From Candidatus Nanopusillus acidilobi (GTDB lineage Archaea > Nanobdellota > Nanobdellia > Nanobdellales > Nanobdellaceae): a stretch of 32,000 nt of DNA. Positions 1 through 9,283 of the stretch are shown here, in pieces (position 1 is the first letter of the stretch; each line of letters opens with the position of its first letter). The stretch is taken from contig CP010514.1 of NCBI GenBank assembly GCA_001552015.1, forward strand, positions 90,001 through 122,000, read 5' to 3'. The notes under the pieces are model-generated. The model was given only the letters and a program-made list of their open reading frames with translations, was not told the origin of the DNA and did no database searches. A program made the translations under genes and the position numbers.

Positions 1-1330
1 TATTTTTATTAATATCTCCTAAGTAAACTAAAGGACATTCTTTTCCAACAATAATTCCATTTACATTTTGTATATTATCATATACACCAGTTGGGCAATT
101 TATTGTATCTCCGTTTAAATTATATTCACAGAAAGGATCTGCTGCTAAGAATACATAATCTGGTTCTCCGCTTGTATTTAAAAATGAAATATATAATCTT
201 ATTACCTCATGCCATGGATAATCAATGAATACTTGCTGACAATTTGGTGGTATATCTACTACACCTCTATAAAATGCTCCAACAATTAATTCCTGATTAC
301 CCGGATTAGCCTGATTACCTTCGCAAAGAGAATTGCCTATATAATATGTACCAAATTCTTCTTGGCATGCTTCATTTAAATATTGTTGTGGGATTATAAA
401 TTCTGCTAATCTATTTATATCAGTAGCAGTTCTATAAATAGGAGGACCTTGATAATAATAAGGTATAGATGTTAGATATTGATTATAAGTTTCAGGGCAT
501 TGTTCTGTATTATAAATACATAAATATCCGGAAAAGAAATTAGGCAAACTAGAGTTAGGTTGTGCTGGCGTACTATCTCCGCCTATATAATTTGGAAATA
601 AATTCCATTCATCCTGTGGACAATATACAGAAGCGTTTGTAAAATTATAATTTGGAAATATTTCCGTTAATGGCGTACAGTATCCATTTTGTACGGCTTG
701 AGATTGAGATAGATCATTATATAATGCTGGTAAGCCCCATAAACTTACTGACGCAGATTGATGAAATGGCGCTGTTGCATTTACCCATCCTGCTCCATAT
801 AAAGTTTGACTTACCGGTATATTAATATTTTCTGTATAATTATTTACAAAGAAATATGTATAATTCCATTCATACCATTGTGTACCGTCAGGATCCGGTG
901 GAGGATTCATTGAACAAGGATCCCAATTTCCAATATTACCAGCTACTATAAACATTTGAACAATCCATCCTGTTACTGGTGGGATAAAATATATTGTAAG
1001 GTTCCATCTATTTCCATATATATTATCAAAGTAATTTATCAAATCTTCTGATATGTTTGTACATGTATTTTGATTTATACAATATGTATCATTTCCAGAA
1101 GATGAAAAATATGATAATAAAAATGCATAGGATAAATTAACATTATTGTCATAAATATATGGTAATAAATCAAGGCTATTTTGAATTGTTAATGTATATT
1201 GATTTTCTACATTATATGTTTGTGTTATTTTAGAGTTAGAGCTAGTAGTTAATAGATAAACTAAAAGAATTGATAAAATTATTATTGAAATAATAATAAC
1301 AAATGTTAATGTATTTATCTGATTTTTCAT
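1..1330 (-). CDS. Large N-terminally membrane-anchored, Cys-containing extracellular protein of unknown function (truncated at window start)
   Basis: Not in the ORF track because no stop lies in the window. ATG at 1330-1328 (MKNQINTLTFVIIISIIILSILLVYLL...). The frame stays open to base 2 (...NGIIVGKECPLVYLGDINKN). The ATGA start/stop overlap with the upstream gene supports an operon. Confidence 0.85.
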   Translation of the reverse strand, partial: MKNQINTLTFVIIISIIILSILLVYLLTTSSNSKITQTYNVENQYTLTIQNSLDLLPYIYDNNVNLSYAFLLSYFSSSGNDTYCINQNTCTNISEDLINYFDNIYGNRWNLTIYFIPPVTGWIVQMFIVAGNIGNWDPCSMNPPPDPDGTQWYEWNYTYFFVNNYTENINIPVSQTLYGAGWVNATAPFHQSASVSLWGLPALYNDLSQSQAVQNGYCTPLTEIFPNYNFTNASVYCPQDEWNLFPNYIGGDSTPAQPNSSLPNFFSGYLCIYNTEQCPETYNQYLTSIPYYYQGPPIYRTATDINRLAEFIIPQQYLNEACQEEFGTYYIGNSLCEGNQANPGNQELIVGAFYRGVVDIPPNCQQVFIDYPWHEVIRLYISFLNTSGEPDYVFLAADPFCEYNLNGDTINCPTGVYDNIQNVNGIIVGKECPLVYLGDINKN

Positions 1331-2151
1331 TTTAGATAATATAAAAGTATAATTAGGCCTATTATTATAATTACTATTACTATTGCTGCTGGCAAAATCA
1401 AATTGACGTTATTTATTTTATTACTTACATTTGGTTGTGGATAAATTAATTGTTGGGTACTATTTGTTAAATTTACTTCAGTTTGATTTATGCATTCAAA
1501 TACTCCTGTACATGATATATATACAATATTTGGTGGTGGACATTGCTGTAAAAATTCTTGATATAACTGATTTAATGAATAATTATATGGACATCTAAAC
1601 CAATCTCCTTCAAAAGATAAGTTTTCTGGGCAATATCCGCATTGATATTCTATTTTATATACATTCAATACTGATTGATATGATTCATTATTTGTTAAAT
1701 AAGATTGAGGTATATATGGAGGATTAAAACATGGATAAATCTGATTTGAACATGGTTGATAATACCATGGTGTATTTGAACAATTTAGTAAACTATTACA
1801 TAATGTTGGTACAGGTATAATTATGTCTTGATATGCTGATGGAGGAATTAATGCATATGGACTAACTAATGTTCCATTTGGATATTCGCAATAACTACTA
1901 TTTACATATATTAATCCATAATGGGCGCAAAAAGAATATTGGGGTGATACATTATTTTCATAATATTGTAAAGCATTAAAGTATGTACCATTTATAATAC
2001 AATAAGAACCTGTACTATTTGTATAATATGTTCCTCCTCCGTATTCACAATAAACTGCAAGTGGATTTCTCATAGAATATATATTATAAGATAAAATTAA
2101 GAAAGAGATTATAGATAATATTACTAAATATTTATTGTGAAAGAGTGACAT
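1327..2151 (-). CDS. Cys-rich surface protein with N- and C-terminal TM segments, unknown function
   Basis: 274-aa ORF with N-terminal hydrophobic helix, many Cys and N-x-S/T sequons, and C-terminal TM (LILPAAIVIVIIIIGLIILLYYLK). Overlaps both neighbours. Confidence 0.8.
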   Translation of the reverse strand: MSLFHNKYLVILSIISFLILSYNIYSMRNPLAVYCEYGGGTYYTNSTGSYCIINGTYFNALQYYENNVSPQYSFCAHYGLIYVNSSYCEYPNGTLVSPYALIPPSAYQDIIIPVPTLCNSLLNCSNTPWYYQPCSNQIYPCFNPPYIPQSYLTNNESYQSVLNVYKIEYQCGYCPENLSFEGDWFRCPYNYSLNQLYQEFLQQCPPPNIVYISCTGVFECINQTEVNLTNSTQQLIYPQPNVSNKINNVNLILPAAIVIVIIIIGLIILLYYLK

Positions 2152-3583
2152 TTTGGATTGCGATTATATAGTAGGGAAATGTTAGGCCATAAGGAGATTG
2201 ATCAAATGGTACATACATATATCCATCTTGTATCCAATAAACACCTCCACATTCTACTTCTGTTGTGTTAAAAACCGATTGTAGATAATTATTACAATCC
2301 TGATAATTTTTATATAGTTCACCGCATAGACTAAGATTGTCTGGTCCAAGCGCTGGTACTCCGTTTGTAGTAAAAACTATACAGCCCGTAATATTTCCCC
2401 ATTGATTCTCAAATATCCAACAATCCTGTGTTCCATATACTTCTCCGCATAGTTGAGAATATGCAGTATCGCCAGTAGTATAGCCAACTAATAACATGGC
2501 ATGTCCAGAATTGGATGCTATTTGACTTGGATATGGCCCACCGCTTCCTGCTAGAAATCCAGCAGCTACTAATGGTCCATAGCATAATAAGTCCTGGATT
2601 ATCTGTTGATCTGATAAGGGTCCATTTTCAGATAAGTAAATAACGCCTTCTGGGTAATATAGTGGAAAAGTAGGTCCATTATAATTGTGATTACATACAT
2701 CACCTGGATAGCTTTGATTAAAGTTCTGTGAACAATTATATAAAGTAGAATCATAATAGTTCCATCCTTGATCAGGTGGAATTCCATATTGAGATGCAAA
2801 AAATATAGCAGAGTATGGATCACCTTCATTACAACCTTCGTTTATACTACAATATCCTGGAGTATTTGGATAACCATTATTACATTCTATTGCTAAATAT
2901 GCTGGAGATAATGTTAATTCTTCATTAGGTTCATTATTTCTTATCATATATATTGAAGCAATTCCATTTGAAGATGCAAATGCCCAACAATCTCCGCATT
3001 CTCCCTGATCTCCTATTGGAGGTAAATAGTCATTTCCATTTACATCACCCCAGAAAAAGCTTGTTTGTCCATTATATGTAAATAAACATTGTGAATTTTG
3101 ATTATTATTTGGAGAGTTTTGATTATTTTCTGAGGTTATATATACAAGAGTTCCACTTGGTAAATATTGATTAAATATATTAATTGAATTTTGAAGATTT
3201 GTTGTAATAAAAACAGTATTATTTGTACTAACAAGGTATATATAATTATTTGGATATAGAAAACTCACATTTTGATTATTATATAATGTTATATTCTTGT
3301 AAAAATTAATTGTATAATTATTGTTATCATATTGTATTATCAATTCTGTACCATTTGTATATAATAAAACTCCATTTGGTATATTAACTTTTATATAATA
3401 TGTACCTTGAATACTATTTATTGTATTTTGTAAATTCTGTAAACTGTTAATAAAATTTTCAAATATATATTCTTCCTGTTCTTTTTTAATATTTAAAGAA
3501 TATTGATAATATATTAGGAAAGATAATGATATAATTACCAATATTATTGCTATTGAAAGTAAATTTAATTGATTCTTTTTCAT
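2132..3583 (-). CDS. Membrane-anchored papain-family (C1A-like) cysteine protease
   Basis: Papain motifs: oxyanion Gln and nucleophile Cys in IGDQGECGDCWAF, His in NSGHAMLLVGY, Asn in CWIFENQWG. N-terminal TM MKKNQLNLLSIAIILVIISLSFLIYY. Confidence 0.9.
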   Translation of the reverse strand: MKKNQLNLLSIAIILVIISLSFLIYYQYSLNIKKEQEEYIFENFINSLQNLQNTINSIQGTYYIKVNIPNGVLLYTNGTELIIQYDNNNYTINFYKNITLYNNQNVSFLYPNNYIYLVSTNNTVFITTNLQNSINIFNQYLPSGTLVYITSENNQNSPNNNQNSQCLFTYNGQTSFFWGDVNGNDYLPPIGDQGECGDCWAFASSNGIASIYMIRNNEPNEELTLSPAYLAIECNNGYPNTPGYCSINEGCNEGDPYSAIFFASQYGIPPDQGWNYYDSTLYNCSQNFNQSYPGDVCNHNYNGPTFPLYYPEGVIYLSENGPLSDQQIIQDLLCYGPLVAAGFLAGSGGPYPSQIASNSGHAMLLVGYTTGDTAYSQLCGEVYGTQDCWIFENQWGNITGCIVFTTNGVPALGPDNLSLCGELYKNYQDCNNYLQSVFNTTEVECGGVYWIQDGYMYVPFDQSPYGLTFPYYIIAIQNVTLSQ

Positions 3584-3618
3584 TATGATCTAATAATATT
3601 TAAAAATTTTAAAAAATT

Positions 3619-4059
3619 TTAACTTGGATTTTCTATATAAATTGTTACCTGTGTTGGAGATGTTTTTTCGACAAGTAATGGAATTTTTTCATTTGGATTT
3701 CCATATGATAATTCATAAAATAATCCTGAAGTATAATATTGAATCATATTATTTGTTGTATTTATTATTACATTGCATGGTATTGTATAATTATAATATT
3801 TATCATATATATAACAACTTAATAAGTTGTTATTACTGTAAATATAATTTAAATATTTGTTTATTTCAATGTTAATATATACTCCTGTTCCATTGTTAGA
3901 ATAACATACTTCTTCAACTGTAGAATATAGATTTTGGCATGAATATATATCTTGATATAATAATTGGGTCTGATTATTTATATTAGCAAATTTAAAATAT
4001 AAATATATAGATAAACCAAAAGCAATGATTGTTACAACTATCCAAAACCAATTTTCCAT
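3619..4059 (-). CDS. Small single-TM pilin-like protein
   Basis: 146 aa: N-terminal TM (FWIVVTIIAFGLSIYLYFKF) followed by a short Cys-containing ectodomain. Tight operon spacing. Confidence 0.7.
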   Translation of the reverse strand: MENWFWIVVTIIAFGLSIYLYFKFANINNQTQLLYQDIYSCQNLYSTVEEVCYSNNGTGVYINIEINKYLNYIYSNNNLLSCYIYDKYYNYTIPCNVIINTTNNMIQYYTSGLFYELSYGNPNEKIPLLVEKTSPTQVTIYIENPS

Positions 4060-4061
4060 TT

Positions 4062-4475
4062 TTATCCCTGGACATTAATATAGACATAATTTCCTGCCGA
4101 ATATACTAATATATATTCTCCAGTATTTATATTATAATTACAATTTTGCATTACTACATTTGGATCTATACTACTTACATTATTTATTAAATCCTGACAT
4201 GTAAATGGGTTTCCCTGATAGTTAATTAAATAGCAAAGACCCCGGGCTTTTTTATAATAACATGATACTACATCCATTGCAACATCTTGTATTGAAGTTA
4301 CATTTGTTTCTACTACAGTTTGTGTATTATTATATTTTGGCATTATACTACTAATGTAAGAAGTTATATTTCCTTTTAATAAAAATATTATTCCTAAAAT
4401 TACCAATGTAACAGTTATTCCAATAATTATTAAAAATGTATAATTTATTGGAAGTTCTTGTGACTTTATTGCCAT
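4062..4475 (-). CDS. Small single-TM pilin-like protein
   Basis: 137 aa, N-terminal TM then Cys-containing ectodomain. Overlaps the upstream gene by 10 nt. Confidence 0.7.
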   Translation of the reverse strand: MAIKSQELPINYTFLIIIGITVTLVILGIIFLLKGNITSYISSIMPKYNNTQTVVETNVTSIQDVAMDVVSCYYKKARGLCYLINYQGNPFTCQDLINNVSSIDPNVVMQNCNYNINTGEYILVYSAGNYVYINVQG

Positions 4476-4945
4476 ATTACAATATAACTATTGTTGTATA
4501 TTATAAATATGCTATTATATGGATAAATATTTCCATTATTATTATTTAAATGAAATATAATATTATTTGGATTAAATTCAGTATAATTTTGCACATATTG
4601 AATTAATATTGATGAATTCAAAGTAATATTTTCATCTATATAAACATCATAACATACATTAAATAATTTATCTGTATTTACATTATTATTATAGCAATTT
4701 AATATTAATCCTATTATATCTGAATAAATTGTATCATTGCTTTCATTTGTATAAATAATATTTATTGAAGAAGGATAATATTTTTCACATGATGGGGAAA
4801 AACCACCTTGTGATATTAATGTTTGACAATAATATGCTTGAGAATTACTAAAAAATTTTGTATAAATAATATCTAATATAACTACAACAGATATTATCGC
4901 TATTATTATTATAAATATGGTATCTATTGTTATATCGTTCTTCAT
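4466..4945 (-). CDS. Small single-TM pilin-like protein
   Basis: 159 aa, N-terminal TM (TIFIIIIAIISVVVILDIIY) then Cys-containing ectodomain. Overlaps the upstream gene by 4 nt. Confidence 0.7.
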   Translation of the reverse strand: MKNDITIDTIFIIIIAIISVVVILDIIYTKFFSNSQAYYCQTLISQGGFSPSCEKYYPSSINIIYTNESNDTIYSDIIGLILNCYNNNVNTDKLFNVCYDVYIDENITLNSSILIQYVQNYTEFNPNNIIFHLNNNNGNIYPYNSIFIIYNNSYIVIWQ

Positions 4946-5226
4946 ATATAATTAATACTTCCATTATAAATATATATAATTCTATAGCCAGAGGGAATTG
5001 TTATTCCATTTATTGTACAATTTTCACTAAGAAATACTTTAATATTTATTATTTCCTGAAAACTTTTATTATATAGGTCTTCTAGTTGTTGACAATTAAT
5101 AATTTGTATACTATTTCCTCCCAAATTATTTTTTACATTATAAATATAATAAAAAGAAAATAAACCGGCAATTATAATTAATATAAAGGTTATTATAATC
5201 CAATATATTGATTGCTGTAATCTCAT
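4942..5226 (-). CDS. Small single-TM pilin-like protein
   Basis: 94 aa, N-terminal TM and short ectodomain. 4-nt overlap with the T2SF-like gene. Confidence 0.7.
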   Translation of the reverse strand: MRLQQSIYWIIITFILIIIAGLFSFYYIYNVKNNLGGNSIQIINCQQLEDLYNKSFQEIINIKVFLSENCTINGITIPSGYRIIYIYNGSINYI

Positions 5227-7193
5227 AATTGTATATTTATTGGTAAATATGGGCCAAATACTGTATATACTATTAATATTCCTATTATTGAAAATATTAC
5301 ATAAAATATTGTTCCAAACAATAAGTTTTTACCTATATAATATGATGTCATTGTTTTATCAAATCCATATTTTATTCCTGCGCTCATATATGAAGTTATT
5401 ATTACATATTCTATAAAAAATATACCAATTATTGCTTCAAAGAATGTTGGTGGTATTAAATTATATAGATTAAAGGTATTTGCAACGAAATTATATAGAT
5501 TAGCTCCACTACCTAAACCAAAGGATTGATCTATTAATTGAAAGAAATATGCAAGTGCAAAAAGCATTGAAACTATTCCGTTATTAAAAACTGTAACCAT
5601 TGCAGAAATTAATGGTACTAGATTTTTTGATGTAATATCTATCAATCCAATTACTTCATTTAATATCTTTCTTACATTATATCTTATGCTATCTACATTT
5701 TCTAAATTTGTTGATATATTATATGCAATCTTTGATAAAACTTCAGGACCTTTTGATGAAGAAGTAACTAAAAGTTGCATGGATTCCCTTACTAATTTTG
5801 ATGGATATAGATTTAATGAACCAATTTTTGGATCAAATATAGAAGTATTTAAATCATAGCCTCTTCTTAAATTATATAATGTTGTTTTTAGGAAATTTTC
5901 CATAACTCCAGAGGATTTTATTATTCTATAATTATAGTATGTTTTTTCAACTACCATTTCAAATGGATAGCCATCTTCTAATAATGATGCAAACTCATAT
6001 ACAACAATTGGGAATTCATTTTCTATTTCTTCAATTTGATATATTTTCTTAACTCTTTGGAAAGATGTTAAATAATAATAGGATCCTATACCCAAACCCA
6101 ATCCTAAAGGTAATGCTAAAGTTAAAACAGAATATATTAATGCTCTATCTTGATAAACTATATTTAAATAATCACTTAAGAATCCTTGTGGAATAGATGT
6201 AATTTTTATAGCTAAAGAAATTAAATGATATATTCCTAAAATTGCAATTGATCCCAATATTATTGAAATTATTATTGCTGGAATTTCATTATCTCCAATT
6301 TTAAATCTTCCAGGTTTTGGTAGATCTCTTGCTAAAGATAAATCTGGAACAGAAAATGCAAATGGGTTCTTTGATAAAAAGTTCTGAATTATTAAAAATG
6401 TAATAACTGGTAAAATTATTATATATGAAAATGCTATGAAATAGAAACTTACAGTATTTAATAAAAATACAGATATTATTGGTAACATAATCAAGCTAAC
6501 TATTGGAAGCATTACTAAGAAAGATACAATAACTGTTGCTGGTTCTTTTAAAGCATCTACATATAATTGAGATTTTTCTAATGATTTCTTCAATACCCAT
6601 CCTAATATTCTATCTAATAATTTGTTTATATCATCAATAGAATTCTTATATTTAATATTTACAATATGAGTCATTGCATATACAAAATCTGGGCTTAGAT
6701 AAAACCATCTTCTTTGATAATATTCTAATGCAGATTCAATATCATTAAATTTATTTGTTTCTAAATTATATAATAATGATTTAAAGTCTGTTGCAATATA
6801 ACCCTTCATATAATATGCTACATATTTTATTCCATTTTCCAAATTAGGATTTCTTTTTAGATATAATGATAAATATAATATTATCCATATAACTTCTGAT
6901 GTTACTTGTATTCTAACAATTTGTGTATAGAATATTGGATAATATGCAAAATAAAATGATAATATCAATAAAGAAATTAATAAAGAAAAAGCTAATTGAA
7001 AGCTAACAAAACTTAAAATAAAATATATAATTATAGAAAATAATGTTAGGGTTATTACAGAAGAAAATATATTATCTGGATTTGTATTTAGTCTATTTAA
7101 CCATAAATGAAATGCATATTTTTTATATATAGAATCAGGGGCTTTTAATTTTATTAAATTAAAATTATTATAAAAATATTCAAAAAAACTCAT
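5223..7193 (-). CDS. FlaJ/TadC-like type II secretion F (T2SF) family membrane platform protein
   Basis: 656-aa polytopic protein. C-terminal half FPIVVYEFASLLEDGYPFEMVVEK...LRRGYDLNTSI...MQLLVTSSSKGPEVLSKIA resembles archaeal FlaJ/TadC. The N-terminal half shows a second, similar module. Confidence 0.75.
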   Translation of the reverse strand: MSFFEYFYNNFNLIKLKAPDSIYKKYAFHLWLNRLNTNPDNIFSSVITLTLFSIIIYFILSFVSFQLAFSLLISLLILSFYFAYYPIFYTQIVRIQVTSEVIWIILYLSLYLKRNPNLENGIKYVAYYMKGYIATDFKSLLYNLETNKFNDIESALEYYQRRWFYLSPDFVYAMTHIVNIKYKNSIDDINKLLDRILGWVLKKSLEKSQLYVDALKEPATVIVSFLVMLPIVSLIMLPIISVFLLNTVSFYFIAFSYIIILPVITFLIIQNFLSKNPFAFSVPDLSLARDLPKPGRFKIGDNEIPAIIISIILGSIAILGIYHLISLAIKITSIPQGFLSDYLNIVYQDRALIYSVLTLALPLGLGLGIGSYYYLTSFQRVKKIYQIEEIENEFPIVVYEFASLLEDGYPFEMVVEKTYYNYRIIKSSGVMENFLKTTLYNLRRGYDLNTSIFDPKIGSLNLYPSKLVRESMQLLVTSSSKGPEVLSKIAYNISTNLENVDSIRYNVRKILNEVIGLIDITSKNLVPLISAMVTVFNNGIVSMLFALAYFFQLIDQSFGLGSGANLYNFVANTFNLYNLIPPTFFEAIIGIFFIEYVIITSYMSAGIKYGFDKTMTSYYIGKNLLFGTIFYVIFSIIGILIVYTVFGPYLPINIQL

Positions 7194-7198
7194 TACAT

Positions 7199-7960
7199 TT
7201 AGCTTGTTACACTTGGTATATTATTTAACTGAGAATATGGTACCTGCAATAAGAATTGACATAATGGCATTCCATTAACATTATTATTTATACCCAATGC
7301 TGTGCAATTTCCAGTTACTGTTAATATTCCATTACTAACTGTTAAATTCAAATTACATCCATCTGCAGTATTATAATAGTTAGCAATATCCAATAATGCA
7401 CCAAATACCTGATTTGTAATCCATGTTGGTAATTGTGCAGAACATTGTACTGGACCTGGATTTAATATTTGTGATGGAGAAGAAATATAAATATTTTCTT
7501 GTCCATTTGTTACATTAAAATATGTAGCAGAAGAATAATTTCCAAATACATAACTTGTTGCTTGTTCTGGATTATAATATAAATTATCAATATAATTCTG
7601 GCATTCTAAATACATGCAATCAAGAGGTGATATAGAATATCCTTCATATTGACATTGACTAGAAGAACCTCCATATAATTGTAATACTACACTACATGGA
7701 ACAGCATTTGAACAAACATAATATCCAGGACTTGTTTGTACAAGTCCATTTCCTATATCTTCATACTTTGTACAAAATGTATATGGGCTTGAACAATAGC
7801 TTGAACAATCTGAAACTGCCTGTTGTATTTGAGTATTTGATATTTGGCTAATCTTTGAAGATTGTTGCTGGAATAATTTAATTACAATCACTGCCACTAC
7901 TAACATTATTATTATTACAAATATTATTTCTACAGCCATATCTATACCTCTCTTTTTCAT
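7199..7960 (-). CDS. Pilin-like protein (candidate prepilin-type signal), Cys-rich
   Basis: 253 aa starting MKKRGIDMAVEIIFVIIIMLVVAVIVIKLFQQQ: basic N-terminus with Gly, then Glu entering a hydrophobic helix. Many Cys. First gene of the operon. Confidence 0.7.
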   Translation of the reverse strand: MKKRGIDMAVEIIFVIIIMLVVAVIVIKLFQQQSSKISQISNTQIQQAVSDCSSYCSSPYTFCTKYEDIGNGLVQTSPGYYVCSNAVPCSVVLQLYGGSSSQCQYEGYSISPLDCMYLECQNYIDNLYYNPEQATSYVFGNYSSATYFNVTNGQENIYISSPSQILNPGPVQCSAQLPTWITNQVFGALLDIANYYNTADGCNLNLTVSNGILTVTGNCTALGINNNVNGMPLCQFLLQVPYSQLNNIPSVTS

Positions 7961-7983
7961 AATTAAGGATAAATATTTTATTC

Positions 7984-7997
7984 TTTATAAATATTTT
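7984..7997 (-). promoter_or_regulatory. Candidate TATA box for the pilus/protease operon
   Basis: Minus-strand AAAATATTTATAAA centred about 28-30 nt upstream of the ATG at 7960. Confidence 0.5.
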
Positions 7998-8404
7998 TAA
8001 TAATATATTACAAATTCCATATCCTTTTCTTTCCTCAATTCTTCTATTAATTTTCTGTCAATATCAATAGCACTCTTATTTGAATTTATTGCCAAAGTTC
8101 TATCGTCAATATAATTACTCTTTCTTATAACAATACTTCTATCATTTGTTAATAATAAATTTTTTGAACCATATGCAATTATATCATCTATCAAATCATC
8201 AACTTTAATTACAATCTTTATTTTTCCTTCATTTAATAAATGATATTTAAGATCTTCTGGTAGATCTTTTACAGAATAATTTGCATTTATCCCAATTATG
8301 CAATCTCCTCTTTCAGTTAAAAAATTATCCTTAGTAATTTCTAGAGTACTTTTATGTGTTGCTTTTATTAATTTATTTCCCCTAGCTTTTATTACTAATT
8401 TCAT
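7997..8404 (-). CDS. DUF371 family protein
   Basis: 135 aa with archaeal DUF371-like pattern (ARGNKLIKATHKSTLEITKDNFLTERGDCIIGINA...LKYHLLNEGKI). Confidence 0.75.
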   Translation of the reverse strand: MKLVIKARGNKLIKATHKSTLEITKDNFLTERGDCIIGINANYSVKDLPEDLKYHLLNEGKIKIVIKVDDLIDDIIAYGSKNLLLTNDRSIVIRKSNYIDDRTLAINSNKSAIDIDRKLIEELRKEKDMEFVIYY

Positions 8405-9233
8405 TTAAGTAATTTAATATTTCTCTTGTAACATTTCTATTTAAATATTTGTCAAATCCTTCATATTGAAATATATGATGTAAATCTATTAAATAATATT
8501 GATTGTCTTTTAATAATAGATCAAATCCAAATATTTGTAAGTCGCATTTTTCCATAATTTTATATCCAATATCTATTATTTCTTCATCCAATTCATATGG
8601 TCTTCCATATCCTCCCTGACTAATATTTGCCTTAAAACTATTTTTATTAATTCTCTGCATTGCACCAATTGGTTTTCCTACAAAAATTACCCTTATATCT
8701 CTCTCATAAGGTATATATTTTTGAAATATTAGATGTTTTAAATTTATTTTCTTTTCTAATAAATATTTTTCCAAAAAATTATATAATTCTTTTTCATTAT
8801 CTATTTTGTGTACAAATTCTCCTCTATGAGCAAACTGATGCTTTATTACCATTGGAAATCCTATTTTATTTATTACATATTCTATGTTATCTATTGAGTA
8901 TATTTTCACAAATTCTGGAATCTTTACATATTTATTAAGAATGCTATAAAATAAAGTTTTTGATATTATAGATTCTTTAGTATGTATGCTATTTATTACT
9001 TTTTTTCCATTTTTTTCAAGATATTTTGCTAGAAAGTGTATATCTGATAAAAAAGTTGATCCAATGAAAAAGTAATATACATCATAGTTTAATATTTTTT
9101 CATTATATGGAAATATATTGTCCTTTTCTATATCAATAATGCTAATGTTATTATAATTTTTTATTTCCTCTTTCAATCTTATCATTCTATAATCTTCTAA
9201 ATCAGTTTTTACGAATATGGCTACTCTACCCAT
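8382..9233 (-). CDS. ATP-grasp ligase, RimK/LysX-like
   Basis: IGFPMVIKHQFAHRGEFVHKI...DIRVIFVGKPIGAMQR...ISQGGYGRPYEL...IFGFDLLLKDNQYYLIDLHHIFQYEGF is ATP-grasp-like. Confidence 0.75.
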   Translation of the reverse strand: MGRVAIFVKTDLEDYRMIRLKEEIKNYNNISIIDIEKDNIFPYNEKILNYDVYYFFIGSTFLSDIHFLAKYLEKNGKKVINSIHTKESIISKTLFYSILNKYVKIPEFVKIYSIDNIEYVINKIGFPMVIKHQFAHRGEFVHKIDNEKELYNFLEKYLLEKKINLKHLIFQKYIPYERDIRVIFVGKPIGAMQRINKNSFKANISQGGYGRPYELDEEIIDIGYKIMEKCDLQIFGFDLLLKDNQYYLIDLHHIFQYEGFDKYLNRNVTREILNYLNEISNKS

Positions 9234-9251
9234 TTTTAATATCTAGGAGGT

Positions 9252-9266
9252 AAAGTTATAAGTTTT
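9252..9266. promoter_or_regulatory. Candidate shared TATA element between the divergent ATP-grasp and rpoH genes
   Basis: AAAGTTATAAGTTTT with palindromic TTATAA core, centred about 25-26 nt from both start codons (9233 and 9284). Confidence 0.45.
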
Positions 9267-9283
9267 TATGAAAAATTAAATAA

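Noticed and set aside
2599-3875. ORFs 2599..2829 (-) and 3624..3875 (+)
   Set aside because: Alternative frames inside the papain-like gene or antisense to a pilin-like gene. Low-complexity Ile/Leu/Tyr/His translations with no family match.
8660-8938. 92-aa plus-strand ORF
   Set aside because: Antisense to the ATP-grasp gene, Leu/Phe-rich shadow frame.
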